NCBI GenBank assembly: GCA_965279515.1
Contig: CBDIID010000003.1
Location: forward strand, 3,680,001 to 3,744,000
Direction of reading: 5' to 3'
From: Turneriella sp.
GTDB lineage: Bacteria > Spirochaetota > Leptospiria > Turneriellales > Turneriellaceae
DNA length: 64,000 nucleotides
The notes beneath the pieces are model-generated. The model was not told the DNA's origin. It saw only the letters and a program-made list of their open reading frames with translations, and did no database searches. The position numbers and the translations under genes are program-made. This document shows positions 21,784 to 31,877 of the stretch, in pieces; positions within the stretch are counted from its first letter, which is position 1, and each line of letters starts with the position of its first letter.

Positions 21784-23838
21784 ATGGACGAAAATAGAAT
21801 GATGAATTCTCTGTTTGGCAACCTCCGGGTGCGCACCAAGATGTCGATAGCGGCGCTGTTAATGCTACTGCCGCTTTTCTACCTGGTAATACAATTCACG
21901 CTAAAGGCATCAGAGGATATCAACTCCACAAAACTGGAGACCCAAGGCATGGACTATATCATGCCGCTCCAGAATATGCTGGATCACCTGCATGGACGCC
22001 TGACCCTCGTGGCCTTCCACGATGAGAAAACCGACAATACGGTGACTGTGAAGGCGCAGACCGACGCCATCAACAAAAACATCGCCGAAATAGATTCCGT
22101 ACATACACGTCTCAGTAACCCGTTCAACATTGAAACGCAATGGAACGATATCAAAGGAAACCTGAAGTATCTGACTGAAATGGCCTTAACCGTAGACAAA
22201 AAGAAAAGCATTGAATTCCATATGGATGTCGCTAAGTCCCTGCTCGGTCTGCAGAATTTCATTCTTGAAAAATCAGCCCTGGAACTCGAGGCAGAAGGCG
22301 GGCCCTATTATCTGATCGATACCTCACTGAAGATTGTCTCTCCCCTGACAGAAACCGTCGCCGGGGTACGCCTGCGGGGTGTGGTTATGCTCATGGAGCG
22401 GGCTGCCCAGATCAGAAAACTTACGGAACTGGAAGGTGCGCGCGGTGTTATTCTGAATCGCGTCGCAGCTCTAGAACACGGCTATGAACGCGTCGCGAGA
22501 CACTTTCCTGAGAAAAAGGCGACGCTGGGAAAACTGTTCGAGACACAAAAACAGGCCGGTGAAAAATATATGAAGTTGTTCACGCAGAACCTGAATGGGC
22601 TGGTCGCCGGCTCGATGGCCGACGCAAAACAGGATTTCGCTGCCTCGTCTGCCTATGTAGAGGCATTGACGCATTTCTCCGTCGAATTGAACACATTGCT
22701 CCAGGCCCGGCTAAGGGGCAGATTGCAGATGCTGCGTATGAAAATGTGGAGCGTCATTTTTCTGACCCTGTTGGGTATCGCTATTTCAGGCGCCATGAGC
22801 TGGATTATCATGCGCCAAATATCAGGCTCCCTCGAAAAAGCCATGATGGTTTCTGAAAATCTCGCGGCAGGTAATCTTGAATTTACCGTCGCCACAGATT
22901 CACGCGACGAAATCGGCGCGTTTATGAAGTCGTTGCAGATCATGTCAGAACGCCTAAAGGGTGTGTTGCGCCAGGTACACCAGAGCGCCTCGGAGATTTC
23001 ACTCGCGGCGCAGCAGGTCGCTAGCACTGCCGAGATGCTCAATAACGGTGCGATGGACCAGGCAGCGCATGTCGAAGAAACCGGCGCTGCGCTGGGCGAA
23101 ATGGTGAATCTCATCGGTAGCAACGCGAAAAATGCCATTGAAACTGATAACACCGCTAACACGGCTTACAAGAATACGCAGATCGGTGCCGACAACGTCA
23201 TGCGCGCCGTCGATTCCATGAAAATCATCTCAGAGCGGATTACCATCGTGCAGGAAATCGCCTCGCAGACAAATCTGCTCGCGCTCAACGCGACGATCGA
23301 AGCCGCGCGCGCCGGCGAGCACGGCCGTGGTTTTGCGGTGGTGGCGACCGAAGTGGGTAAACTTGCCGAAACGAGCGGGCAGGCGGCGAAACAGATCCAG
23401 CAGCTGCTGCGTGAAAGTTCTGCAGTTTCTGAAAGCGCCGCGTCTTCTTTATCCCTGATTACCGCGAGCATGCAGGATACCGCGCAGAAGGTGGTCGCGA
23501 TCCGGCATGCGTCGCAGGAGCAGGACCAGGCGGCGAAACAGATCAGCGAGAGCATGGGCCGGCTCAACCAGACGACGGAGCAGACCGCATCGGCCGCCGA
23601 AGAGCTTGCCGCGACGGCCGAAGAGATGAGTTCGCAGACGGCGACACTCATCGAGAATCTCAAATTCTTCCGTTTTGCCACGGAAGAAGAATCGTTTTCG
23701 CATAACTATTCAGCCGCGAATGCGGTTAAACGTATGGCTGCACGCGAGACGGCATCTGTCAAGCCGCGTCCAAGCCCGACGCCCCGGCAGGGTACCGATG
23801 AATTTATCATTTCTTCGGGCGAATACGAGAAGTTCTGA
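21784..23838 (+). CDS. Methyl-accepting chemotaxis protein
   Basis: Two TMs, [34 protein letters not shown]. Confidence 0.95.
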   Translation: MDENRMMNSLFGNLRVRTKMSIAALLMLLPLFYLVIQFTLKASEDINSTKLETQGMDYIMPLQNMLDHLHGRLTLVAFHDEKTDNTVTVKAQTDAINKNIAEIDSVHTRLSNPFNIETQWNDIKGNLKYLTEMALTVDKKKSIEFHMDVAKSLLGLQNFILEKSALELEAEGGPYYLIDTSLKIVSPLTETVAGVRLRGVVMLMERAAQIRKLTELEGARGVILNRVAALEHGYERVARHFPEKKATLGKLFETQKQAGEKYMKLFTQNLNGLVAGSMADAKQDFAASSAYVEALTHFSVELNTLLQARLRGRLQMLRMKMWSVIFLTLLGIAISGAMSWIIMRQISGSLEKAMMVSENLAAGNLEFTVATDSRDEIGAFMKSLQIMSERLKGVLRQVHQSASEISLAAQQVASTAEMLNNGAMDQAAHVEETGAALGEMVNLIGSNAKNAIETDNTANTAYKNTQIGADNVMRAVDSMKIISERITIVQEIASQTNLLALNATIEAARAGEHGRGFAVVATEVGKLAETSGQAAKQIQQLLRESSAVSESAASSLSLITASMQDTAQKVVAIRHASQEQDQAAKQISESMGRLNQTTEQTASAAEELAATAEEMSSQTATLIENLKFFRFATEEESFSHNYSAANAVKRMAARETASVKPRPSPTPRQGTDEFIISSGEYEKF

Positions 23839-23902
23839 AACAGCGGCTTAATTGCCGCCGATAACGTCCTTGTCAGCGCCGGCCCGAGTACATCCTTGTA
23901 CC

Positions 23903-24670
23903 ATGGCTCTTGAAATTACGACGCAGGGCCGCGTCGCCATCATTAAAATCAACCACAATGCCGCGAATACGCTGACACAGCAAAGTTTCGAAGGATTCCG
24001 CGATGCGCTGAAGAAGTTTGAGAACGACGACAGCATCCGCGTCGTCATCTTTACCGGCAACGATTCAGGCTATTTCTCCAACGGCTTTGAGCCGGCACTT
24101 TTCCTGGGGCAATCCTACGAGTATAACCTCAATGTCTGCCGCCTCGTGAACGAGACCGCGATGTATTTTTTCTTTTTTAAAAAGCCGATCATCGCCTGCC
24201 TCAACGGCCATGCGATGGGTGCAGGTGCGGTGTTTGCGCTGTTCTCTGACTGGCGGTTTATGCCGGCTTCGGGCGCGCGTCTGGGTTTTCCCGAGGCAAT
24301 GCTGGGGATGAACTTCCCGGCCTTTGTCGCGCGTTATATGCAGGATCTCATCGGTGTCACTGCAACGCGCGACATTCTGTTCGGCGCGAAATCACTCAAG
24401 GGCCCTGAAGCGCTGGAACTCAAACTGGCTGACCGCGTCTGTAATGAAACCGAACTTTTCCCGGAAACAATGAAGTTTGCCGAAAAACTGGCGAAAAGCC
24501 CGCTGCAGACACTCACCGGCATGAAACGTGCACGCACAGAATATTACCGGCCGGTTTTTGAAAGCATGCGTGAGAACGATGCTGCCGCGCTTGCTGAAAT
24601 CATGACGAGCCCGGTAACCCAGGAGGGCCTGCGTTCGATTGTCGAGAAACGGCGACCGAGGTTTGACTGA
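23903..24670 (+). CDS. Enoyl-CoA hydratase/isomerase family
   Basis: KPIIACLNGHAMGAG, LGFPEAMLG. Confidence 0.9.
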   Translation: MALEITTQGRVAIIKINHNAANTLTQQSFEGFRDALKKFENDDSIRVVIFTGNDSGYFSNGFEPALFLGQSYEYNLNVCRLVNETAMYFFFFKKPIIACLNGHAMGAGAVFALFSDWRFMPASGARLGFPEAMLGMNFPAFVARYMQDLIGVTATRDILFGAKSLKGPEALELKLADRVCNETELFPETMKFAEKLAKSPLQTLTGMKRARTEYYRPVFESMRENDAAALAEIMTSPVTQEGLRSIVEKRRPRFD

Positions 24671-25740
24671 TGGGAAACCGGCAGGACGATAAGCGCGTTG
24701 CCGTTCTGGCGTCGGGCGGCGATGCACCCGGCATGAACGCGGCGCTGCGCGCGTTTGTGCGTTCTGCGCTATGGGAGCGCTACCAGGTATTCGGGATTCA
24801 AAACGGTTACGAAGGCCTGATCGCCAATGAAATCCGCGAGCTGAGCTCGCGCGACATGGGTATGATCATCAATACCGGCGGAACCTGTCTCGGTACGGCG
24901 CGCTCCGCAGAATTTCAAACCCCAGAGGGACTGAAGAAGGCTGCGGCGAATCTTACGGAGAAAAAAATCGACGCGCTCTGCGTCGTCGGCGGCGACGGTT
25001 CATTCCGCGGGCTCATGGCGCTCAGTGAATATTATAAAGGCCAGGTCGTGGGCATCCCCGGCACCATCGACAATGATATACCCGGCACCGAATATACCAT
25101 TGGTTTTGATACTGCTGTACAGACCGCGGTCGAGGCGATCGACAAGCTGCGCGACACGGCGTTGTCGCATGGGCGGATGTTCTTCGTTGAAGTCATGGGG
25201 CGGCACTCGGGGCAGATTGCACTCTCTGTCGCGCTTGCCTCGGGCGCCGAAGACGTCATCATTCCCGAAGAAAAAATCGATGCCGACGCTTTTGCGTCGC
25301 GCATTGAGTCTGGTCGCAAAAAAGGTAAGCGTTTTGGTATCGTCGTTGTCGCCGAAGGCGCGCAGTGCGATTCGCGCGATCTCGAACGCGCAAAGTCAGT
25401 GCGCGCCGCCGCACCCGACCCGACGGTGAAGGCGGTGCTCGCGGCCGAAGAATCGCCGGCATTCCACTGGGCTGAAGTTTTGCGCCCGAAAATCGGCATG
25501 AATATCCGCGTCTCAGTCTTAGGTCACATTCAACGCGGGGGATCTCCCACGTCATACGACCGCGTTTGGGGTTCGCGTATGGGCGAGGCTGCGGTGCGCT
25601 TTCTCAAGAACCGCATGACAGGAATTTTCACCGCGATGCGCGGCGGGCATATCATACCGGCATACCTTGTCGAAGCCACGCAGGGTGTGCGCGCCGTCGA
25701 GCCGGAGATGGTTCAGCTCGTGCGCATCATGGGCAGTTGA
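24670..25740 (+). CDS. pfkA: ATP-dependent 6-phosphofructokinase
   Basis: SGGDAPGMNAA, GGDGS, GTIDND, EVMGR, LGHIQRGG. Confidence 0.95.
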   Translation: MGNRQDDKRVAVLASGGDAPGMNAALRAFVRSALWERYQVFGIQNGYEGLIANEIRELSSRDMGMIINTGGTCLGTARSAEFQTPEGLKKAAANLTEKKIDALCVVGGDGSFRGLMALSEYYKGQVVGIPGTIDNDIPGTEYTIGFDTAVQTAVEAIDKLRDTALSHGRMFFVEVMGRHSGQIALSVALASGAEDVIIPEEKIDADAFASRIESGRKKGKRFGIVVVAEGAQCDSRDLERAKSVRAAAPDPTVKAVLAAEESPAFHWAEVLRPKIGMNIRVSVLGHIQRGGSPTSYDRVWGSRMGEAAVRFLKNRMTGIFTAMRGGHIIPAYLVEATQGVRAVEPEMVQLVRIMGS

Positions 25741-26884
25741 ATAACCTTTGCGCAGAAACACCACCGGCCGCGAGGACGCGTCCGTTTCCCGCCGTGGGAA
25801 CGGCGGGTCTTTCTTCGCAAAGGTTTTTCAACTCCCCATCCTGTTTTTCAGGCAGCAAAGCATCCCAACCGTAGTATCTGACATTTCTCCAAAACGCGTA
25901 TTCGTTCAGGTAAAGCTGACTGTACTTCGGCTTAATGTAATGGTATCCAGCTACGAAGTTTCTTTTCAGCAGTGAATTATGGCCTTCTGCTACTTGGCAG
26001 TGGATTCCATTCTTGCTCCATCTTTCCCTTGCAAAGCGATACCTTTTATCTTTTGATTTCAGTGAATGGTTTATTGTTCTGAAATTCTTATTTATTCCTC
26101 TGTAGAATTTAAAACCTTCGTCCGCAAACAACGGAATATTTTTCGGAATTTCTGCATCTAAAATCGGCCTTAGTGTTGCTGCTGTGTTATCGGGAATGCT
26201 CTGATAGAGTATTGGGCCTTTCTTCCATGAAATTGTATTTACGAGTATTCCTTTTTGTTCACCACCCAAATTATCTGACATGTAGATAGAGGCCGTTAAA
26301 CCCGTGTGTTTATAGCGTTTTCTGCCCTTATTTGCCCTCGCTGAAGCGCTATATAGGGCGCACGTATCTACTTGTGGGATGCTCTTCATTCCGATGATTT
26401 CTTTCAGGTCTTTGTCATGTTCTCTTGGGAAATTTATTTCACCGAGTTCGGTTTTCATTTCTTCATAGATCAGTTTTTTTATTTTCGGGAGTTGCTCTGA
26501 AGCAAGTAGTTGCAGTCTTCTTTTCAGAAATGTTGCGGTGTTCTTTGCTACACCAAGTCTTCTTTGGATTTCTGATGCCGTCAGAACTTTCGGATAACGC
26601 TCTGCACTTTCACTTAGGCACCATCCGAATTTCCACAGTGGCAGTTTGAAATTCTGTAGCGGAGTCCCTATTAATCGGGAGCCTTGGTAATGGCATTTTT
26701 CACATCGAATCGCTGCTCTTCTTGTTGAAATGGTTTTAGTGAGAGGAGTTTTGCAGGTCGGGCAGTGCTTTGGGAACAGGCGGTTGAGTAGTTCTATTGT
26801 GAGTTTTTCGTAAGCTTCCTGACCGGGTACGTTTTCGCGCTTTTTTGAGTGATTGTGGCGTTTATGCGAAGCGGCAAGTTGAAT
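25727..26884 (-). CDS. IS1595-family (ISXO2-like) transposase, copy 1
   Basis: Frame is open well upstream of the tracked Met and encodes CPTC...CEKC zinc ribbon and HTH; LFADEG, INHS, VAEGHNSLLKR...YLNEYAFWRN; proposed ATT start. Confidence 0.8.
   Translation of the reverse strand: MQLAASHKRHNHSKKRENVPGQEAYEKLTIELLNRLFPKHCPTCKTPLTKTISTRRAAIRCEKCHYQGSRLIGTPLQNFKLPLWKFGWCLSESAERYPKVLTASEIQRRLGVAKNTATFLKRRLQLLASEQLPKIKKLIYEEMKTELGEINFPREHDKDLKEIIGMKSIPQVDTCALYSASARANKGRKRYKHTGLTASIYMSDNLGGEQKGILVNTISWKKGPILYQSIPDNTAATLRPILDAEIPKNIPLFADEGFKFYRGINKNFRTINHSLKSKDKRYRFARERWSKNGIHCQVAEGHNSLLKRNFVAGYHYIKPKYSQLYLNEYAFWRNVRYYGWDALLPEKQDGELKNLCEERPAVPTAGNGRVLAAGGVSAQRLFNCP
25729..25839. repeat. Palindromic IS-associated site S1
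   Basis: atgggcagttgaataacctttgcgcagaa ... ttcttcgcaaaggtttttcaactccccat. Confidence 0.8.
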
Positions 26885-28037
26885 AACTTTTCCTCAGAAT
26901 CGCCACTTCGCTCGTTGACTCGCTTCGTTCCCGCTGCTTCACAGCGGGCGCTCCTTTGGAAAAGTTACTCAACTCCCCATTATCCACTTCTGCACTTCTC
27001 TCCGGTAACAAAGCATTCCACCCATAGTATTTAACGTTTCTCCAGAAAGCGTATTCGTTTAAGTATAATTGGGAATATTTCGGTTTAATGTAATGGTATC
27101 CTGCTACGAAGTTTCTTTTCAATAATGAATTATGTCCTTCTGCTACTTGTGTGTTGATTCCGTTTTTAGACCATCTATCTCTTGCAAAGCGATACCTTTT
27201 ATCTTTGCTTTTTAATGAGTGATTAATCATTCGATGGTTTTTGTTTATTCTATAATAAAATTTGTAACCTTCATCTGTGAATACCGGGACATTTTTCGGT
27301 ATGTACTTATCTAAAAGTGGTCTTAAAGTATGTGCAGTATTATCTGGAATTGAATCGTAGATTACTGGTCCTTTTTTCCATGATAATACTTGTGTAAGGA
27401 TTCCTTTTTGTTCACCACCTAAATTATCTGACATGTAGATTGATGCTGTTAATCCACAGTGTTTATGCCTTTTTCGACCTTTATTTGCTCTCTGGCTTGC
27501 GCTGTAGATTGCGCAGGTATCTACTTGTGGTATTCTTTTTTCTTTGATTATTTCTGTTAGATCTTTGTCATCTTCTCTTGGGAAATTTAGTTCATTTAAG
27601 TCTTTCTGCAATTCTTCATGCATTAGCTTTTTTAGTTTTGGTAGTTGTTCACTTGCAAATAGTTGAAGTCTTCTCTTCAGCAAAGTTGAAGTATTTTTTG
27701 CTACTCCAAGTCGTCTTTGTATCTCTGATGCAGTTAATACTTTTGGATAACGCTCTATGCTTTCACTTAAACACCAACCGAACATCCAGAGAGGTAATTT
27801 GAAATTTTGAAGTGGAGTTCCTTTTAGTCTGGAACCTTGATATTGGCATTTTTCACAGCGGATTGCTGCTTTTCTTGTTGAGATAGTCTTTGTGAGTTGG
27901 GTATTGCAGGAAGGGCAGTGCTTTGGATACAGGCGGTTAAGGAATTCTGTCGTTAGCTTTTCGTAAGCTTCTTTACCGGGGATTTTCCCATGCTTTTTTA
28001 GGAGTTTGTGGGGATTCTGCGATGGGGGCAGTTGAAT
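26862..28037 (-). CDS. IS1595-family transposase, copy 2
   Basis: Upstream in-frame CPSC...CEKC; QVDT, VFTDEG, INHS, EGHNSLLKR; diverged paralogue of copy 1; proposed ATT start. Confidence 0.8.
   Translation of the reverse strand: MQLPPSQNPHKLLKKHGKIPGKEAYEKLTTEFLNRLYPKHCPSCNTQLTKTISTRKAAIRCEKCQYQGSRLKGTPLQNFKLPLWMFGWCLSESIERYPKVLTASEIQRRLGVAKNTSTLLKRRLQLFASEQLPKLKKLMHEELQKDLNELNFPREDDKDLTEIIKEKRIPQVDTCAIYSASQRANKGRKRHKHCGLTASIYMSDNLGGEQKGILTQVLSWKKGPVIYDSIPDNTAHTLRPLLDKYIPKNVPVFTDEGYKFYYRINKNHRMINHSLKSKDKRYRFARDRWSKNGINTQVAEGHNSLLKRNFVAGYHYIKPKYSQLYLNEYAFWRNVKYYGWNALLPERSAEVDNGELSNFSKGAPAVKQRERSESTSEVAILRKSYSTCRFA
26873..26980. repeat. Palindromic IS-associated site S2
   Basis: agttgaataacttttcc ... 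ggaaaagttactcaactccccat. Confidence 0.8.
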
Positions 28038-28067
28038 AACTTTTCCTCAGAATCGCCACTTCGCTCG
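28022..28067. repeat. Half site S3 (38-bp direct repeat of S2 left arm)
   Basis: 28030-28067 identical to 26877-26914. Confidence 0.85.
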
Positions 28068-28256
28068 CTTATGGAATTTTATCTTGTCGGCGCTATGCCA
28101 CTTTTTGCGCAGAGAAGGAGATTCCTGGAAGGCTAATCTTTGCGTCGGAATGTTTTTCAATTACAAGCTTATTGTGCAGAGGACTTTCATGAATCCTTGC
28201 CGTATCTTCGTAAGTCTCAATCCGCGTAACGGGAATTCCCTTGAAAAAGAAACACT

Positions 28257-29603
28257 TCAGAGCTGTTCGTACTGACTCCGAAATAAATTATTGGGAACAA
28301 GACCATTCTCACCTACCGAGAGCGAAGGTTTAATTCCTTCGACGAAATACATTTCAATTTCTCCTTTGTGCTTTGCAGGTATACGGCCTCGATATGAGCA
28401 GGTAAAAAAAATCTCGATCTGCTCATAGACAGCTTGTGAAACGTTGATCCTTCCTGCTTCACCGGATGATTCGCACCGACTTGCCGTATTAACGGTGTCC
28501 CCCCAAACGTCGTAAGCAAACTTTTTCTCGCCTATGACGCCGGCGACCAGTGGTCCCGTGTGGATACCCAGACGCAATTCCCAGTAGGGTTCGTTCTTGA
28601 TTTTCTTTGCTTGCTTCAAACGGTCCATGAAGGCTTGTATTTCGAGAGCAGCCAGCGTGCAATCTATGGCATGTGTGCGGTTACGAACCGGCACCCCGCC
28701 TGCGCACATATATGAATCTCCGATCGTTTTCAGTTTCTCCAGGTTATTTCTATCAACAATGGAATCAAAATATGTGAAGCATTGGTCAAGTTCCCGGACC
28801 AAATCAACAGGTTGCATGGATTCGGCTATTTTCGTAAAACCTTCAAAATCAGTGAAAAGAACTGTTGCATTGGGAAAAAAGACAGGTTGACTCACTCCGT
28901 TTTTTTTGAGCTCATCAGCAACACTGACGGGTAGAATATTCAGCAACAATCGCTCCGATTTTTGACGTTCTTCCGCAACTAAACGTTTGTCGCGCCTCGA
29001 ATAGCGCAAAAGTTGAGCGGTATTTTCATTGCGGCCGACATAATAACGTGAAATCAAGCCGATCCAATACGCACCTTGCATTGCAATTGGCAAACTAAGC
29101 CACAACGCCGGCGACATAGTTTCCAGGTATCCCGGACGAAGAAGTGCACAGCTTGCCAGAAAGCACACAATCATCCATGCGGTGTTTGTAACATATGACC
29201 AAAGCGGCATAATTCCGACACCAACACCTCCGCCGCCTACAAAGAGAATAAAGAAGAGGGGTAGGTAATCGGGCGCATAGCTCGAAAAGTGACCGATGAT
29301 TAAGGCCCAGGGAAAAATTGTCGCCCAGAAAAAGCGCCTTGCCCATCCTGATAAGGAAAGGCGCCCCGTCACTAACCGATAGGTCGGATAGATAGGCAAA
29401 AGTACGACTATAAAACTCAAGACGCCCGCCCACATCATAGGACGTCGCGGTACATGCGTTGGATCGATCAACGGCAGCGACAGGAAGCATGCCATAAGAA
29501 CCAATGTCCCTACAGTTGCAGAGCGCAAAGAAGGTTGGCTAAACGCTTTGCCGATAGCTGACCACATAAGGCTACAGCGATGCCTTAGACGGCGTCGCGT
29601 CAA
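28257..29603 (-). CDS. Membrane class III adenylate/guanylate cyclase
   Basis: LLLNILP, LFTDFEGFT, KTIGDSYM, YDVWGDTVNTASR. Confidence 0.93.
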   Translation of the reverse strand: MTRRRLRHRCSLMWSAIGKAFSQPSLRSATVGTLVLMACFLSLPLIDPTHVPRRPMMWAGVLSFIVVLLPIYPTYRLVTGRLSLSGWARRFFWATIFPWALIIGHFSSYAPDYLPLFFILFVGGGGVGVGIMPLWSYVTNTAWMIVCFLASCALLRPGYLETMSPALWLSLPIAMQGAYWIGLISRYYVGRNENTAQLLRYSRRDKRLVAEERQKSERLLLNILPVSVADELKKNGVSQPVFFPNATVLFTDFEGFTKIAESMQPVDLVRELDQCFTYFDSIVDRNNLEKLKTIGDSYMCAGGVPVRNRTHAIDCTLAALEIQAFMDRLKQAKKIKNEPYWELRLGIHTGPLVAGVIGEKKFAYDVWGDTVNTASRCESSGEAGRINVSQAVYEQIEIFFTCSYRGRIPAKHKGEIEMYFVEGIKPSLSVGENGLVPNNLFRSQYEQL

Positions 29604-29681
29604 CGAATATGCCCCGCATTGAAACCGGGAATTTTGCCAGGGTCAAAAAGTCAGCGTTTGCGCTGATTGATTATTTCCCTT

Positions 29682-30011
29682 TTAGGAATTGGAACTCGTT
29701 TCTTTTTTACGTTTTTTTTTGCCCTTTTTAGCTTTCTTTTTTTCGGCTTTAATTACCTTGCGTGCATCTTTGAATACGACTCGGAGAGACTTGTCCTGTT
29801 TCTCGAGTGCAGCTTTTGCCGCTTTGTGCTCAGTTTGCGCAGATTTAAGTCGGGTTTCGGCATCTTGAAATTCGTTCAAAGCTGTTTCGAGATTCGCTAC
29901 CAATTCAGTTGGAACATGCTGATACAATTCTTGTGTCCCCGATGCGCGAATTTTCGTGATCTTTGCTTTAACTTTTTCACCAAGACTATGTTTCTTTTTT
30001 TTAGCTTTCAT
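29682..30011 (-). CDS. Lys-rich coiled-coil hypothetical protein
   Basis: 109-aa ORF with GGAGAGGA RBS. Confidence 0.65.
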   Translation of the reverse strand: MKAKKKKHSLGEKVKAKITKIRASGTQELYQHVPTELVANLETALNEFQDAETRLKSAQTEHKAAKAALEKQDKSLRVVFKDARKVIKAEKKKAKKGKKKRKKETSSNS

Positions 30012-30054
30012 TTCCTCTCCGTTAAAATTTGAAATATTTCATGGTATAGGTAGC

Positions 30055-30363
30055 TTAGTTAGTCGCGAATAATTTTGTTTTGAGCAGCTCGTATGCCTTT
30101 TCGTAGATATAGACGCTGCGCTGGATAAAGTTCACACCGGTAAGTTTGTTGAGAAAATCCAGTCGGTCGGTGATTGACCATTTCTCCGTAAGATGATGAC
30201 GTAAACGTCTTAGCGTAGATTCACTGAGTTCATAACTGCTCAGAATCAGGCGGTTCATATTCTCATGCGGGGCTCCTGCGATTTCATGCAGGATAGACAC
30301 ATAGTATTGATACTCTTGAGTCGCTTCGGCTGAAATTGACCCCTTTGCGCTTTTTTCTACCAT
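30055..30363 (-). CDS. Hypothetical protein
   Basis: 102-aa ORF. Confidence 0.55.
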   Translation of the reverse strand: MVEKSAKGSISAEATQEYQYYVSILHEIAGAPHENMNRLILSSYELSESTLRRLRHHLTEKWSITDRLDFLNKLTGVNFIQRSVYIYEKAYELLKTKLFATN

Positions 30364-30541
30364 GATTCCAGTCTAATTTACGAAGTACCCGGTCAAATCC
30401 AATATTTCGTCATTTGACGAAGTATTGGATTTAGTGTGGGGAAGCGCGGAATCATTCTCTGTCCGCGCCTTGAGCCGGAAGTTAAGATTCGAGGCGGGCG
30501 TTTTTTATTGTCATAGAGTTTGAATCGAAATCGGTTGTTGC

Positions 30542-30740
30542 ATGGCAGATACCTTTCTGGAGTTAAAGAAGTACTTTGCCAAAACTCCTGATGTTGAATT
30601 GCCGGGCACCAAAGGCGCACAGGGGCTTAAATACAAAGTAAGATGTTCGTCATGTTCTATAAAGGTGACCTCATTGTGAAATTAGCTGAAGCGCGTGTGT
30701 TGGATCGGGCTTTGCGAAAAATCTTCGCGGTTTGTTAAGC
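30542..30740 (+). pseudogene. Frameshifted TfoX/MmcQ-like fragment
   Basis: MADTFLELKKYF...GAQGLKYK then, in another frame, KMFVMFYKGDLIVKLAEARV. Confidence 0.35.
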
Positions 30741-30951
30741 TTTGATAAGCGTCCAAGCTGCAATATCAACGAAGGCCATGCCTGCCGCGAAGAGCATTGT
30801 AGCTAATTAAGTTTTATCGCCGATTTCCGCAGGCAAATGGGAATTTCAGTAGTTTAATGAAAAATAGCAGAGAATAAGGCATGCAAAGAAATCTTCCAAA
30901 CAAAGTTGATTTTTTTTGAAACTGGATTAGCGAAACTGCATCTAAAGGACA

Positions 30952-31707
30952 ATGCTGGTTAGAAGAAAATCTCCACTTTCACCTCAGAAAAGAAAGCCGC
31001 GCAAAGTATCAAAGAACTCGTTTGAATTTGCAGTTGAAGAAATCCCCCTGATAAAAAGGCGCAGGCATCGACTGATTTCATTTCGCCGGCGCCTTAGGCT
31101 TGAATCAGCAAACTCGATAACGCATGGTATCGGAGCGGGTATCAGTCTGGCTGGCATGGCATTGCTGATCGCTATAAGCATCCGAAGTGCGGATTACTGG
31201 AAAATTCTCAGCGCCTCCGTTTATGGACTATGTATGGTATTGGTTTTCATGTCATCTACGCTGTATCACGCCATGATGAAGCCGAAGCCGAAACGGCTTT
31301 TCCATTTGCTCGACCATTCCGCTATCTTTCTCGCCATCGCCGGTACATATACACCGATTTGCCTCGTGCTTCTTAAGGGAGCGGTCGGATGGTGCCTTTT
31401 CATTTTTGTTTGGATTCTCGCGATAGCAGGGATATTATTCAAAACAAAATTCATCAACAGGTATGCATTGCTATCGACGTTGATCTACGTGGTAATGGGA
31501 TGGTCGATTCTCCTCGCCATCAAATCTTTCTCTGCGGCGATGCCCACACACGGATTAGTTTTATTTTTTGCAGGTGGCGGCGCGTATACATTCGGTACGG
31601 TTTTTTATGGCTGGCGTTCTCTTCCGTACAATCATATGATATGGCATCTTTGCGTTGTCTTCGGGGCAATTTTGCATTTTCTATCACTTTATATTTGCGT
31701 TTTTTAA
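30952..31707 (+). CDS. Hemolysin III / PAQR (TrhA-like) membrane protein
   Basis: ANSITHG, SSTLYH, LDHSAIF..IAGTYTP, HMIWH. Confidence 0.92.
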   Translation: MLVRRKSPLSPQKRKPRKVSKNSFEFAVEEIPLIKRRRHRLISFRRRLRLESANSITHGIGAGISLAGMALLIAISIRSADYWKILSASVYGLCMVLVFMSSTLYHAMMKPKPKRLFHLLDHSAIFLAIAGTYTPICLVLLKGAVGWCLFIFVWILAIAGILFKTKFINRYALLSTLIYVVMGWSILLAIKSFSAAMPTHGLVLFFAGGGAYTFGTVFYGWRSLPYNHMIWHLCVVFGAILHFLSLYICVF

Positions 31708-31877
31708 GGCTGTACTAACAGGGATTGCCTGCATTTTGCATTTCGTCAATCAACGAAATGTAAACTTATTTACAGCAGCGAATCATTTTGAATTTGGAGC
31801 GGGTTGCTCATATCGATTCGACTGGTATCGGTACGGTATTGTCGGTGCTCAAAGAATTGAAAACGATATAAGACATT

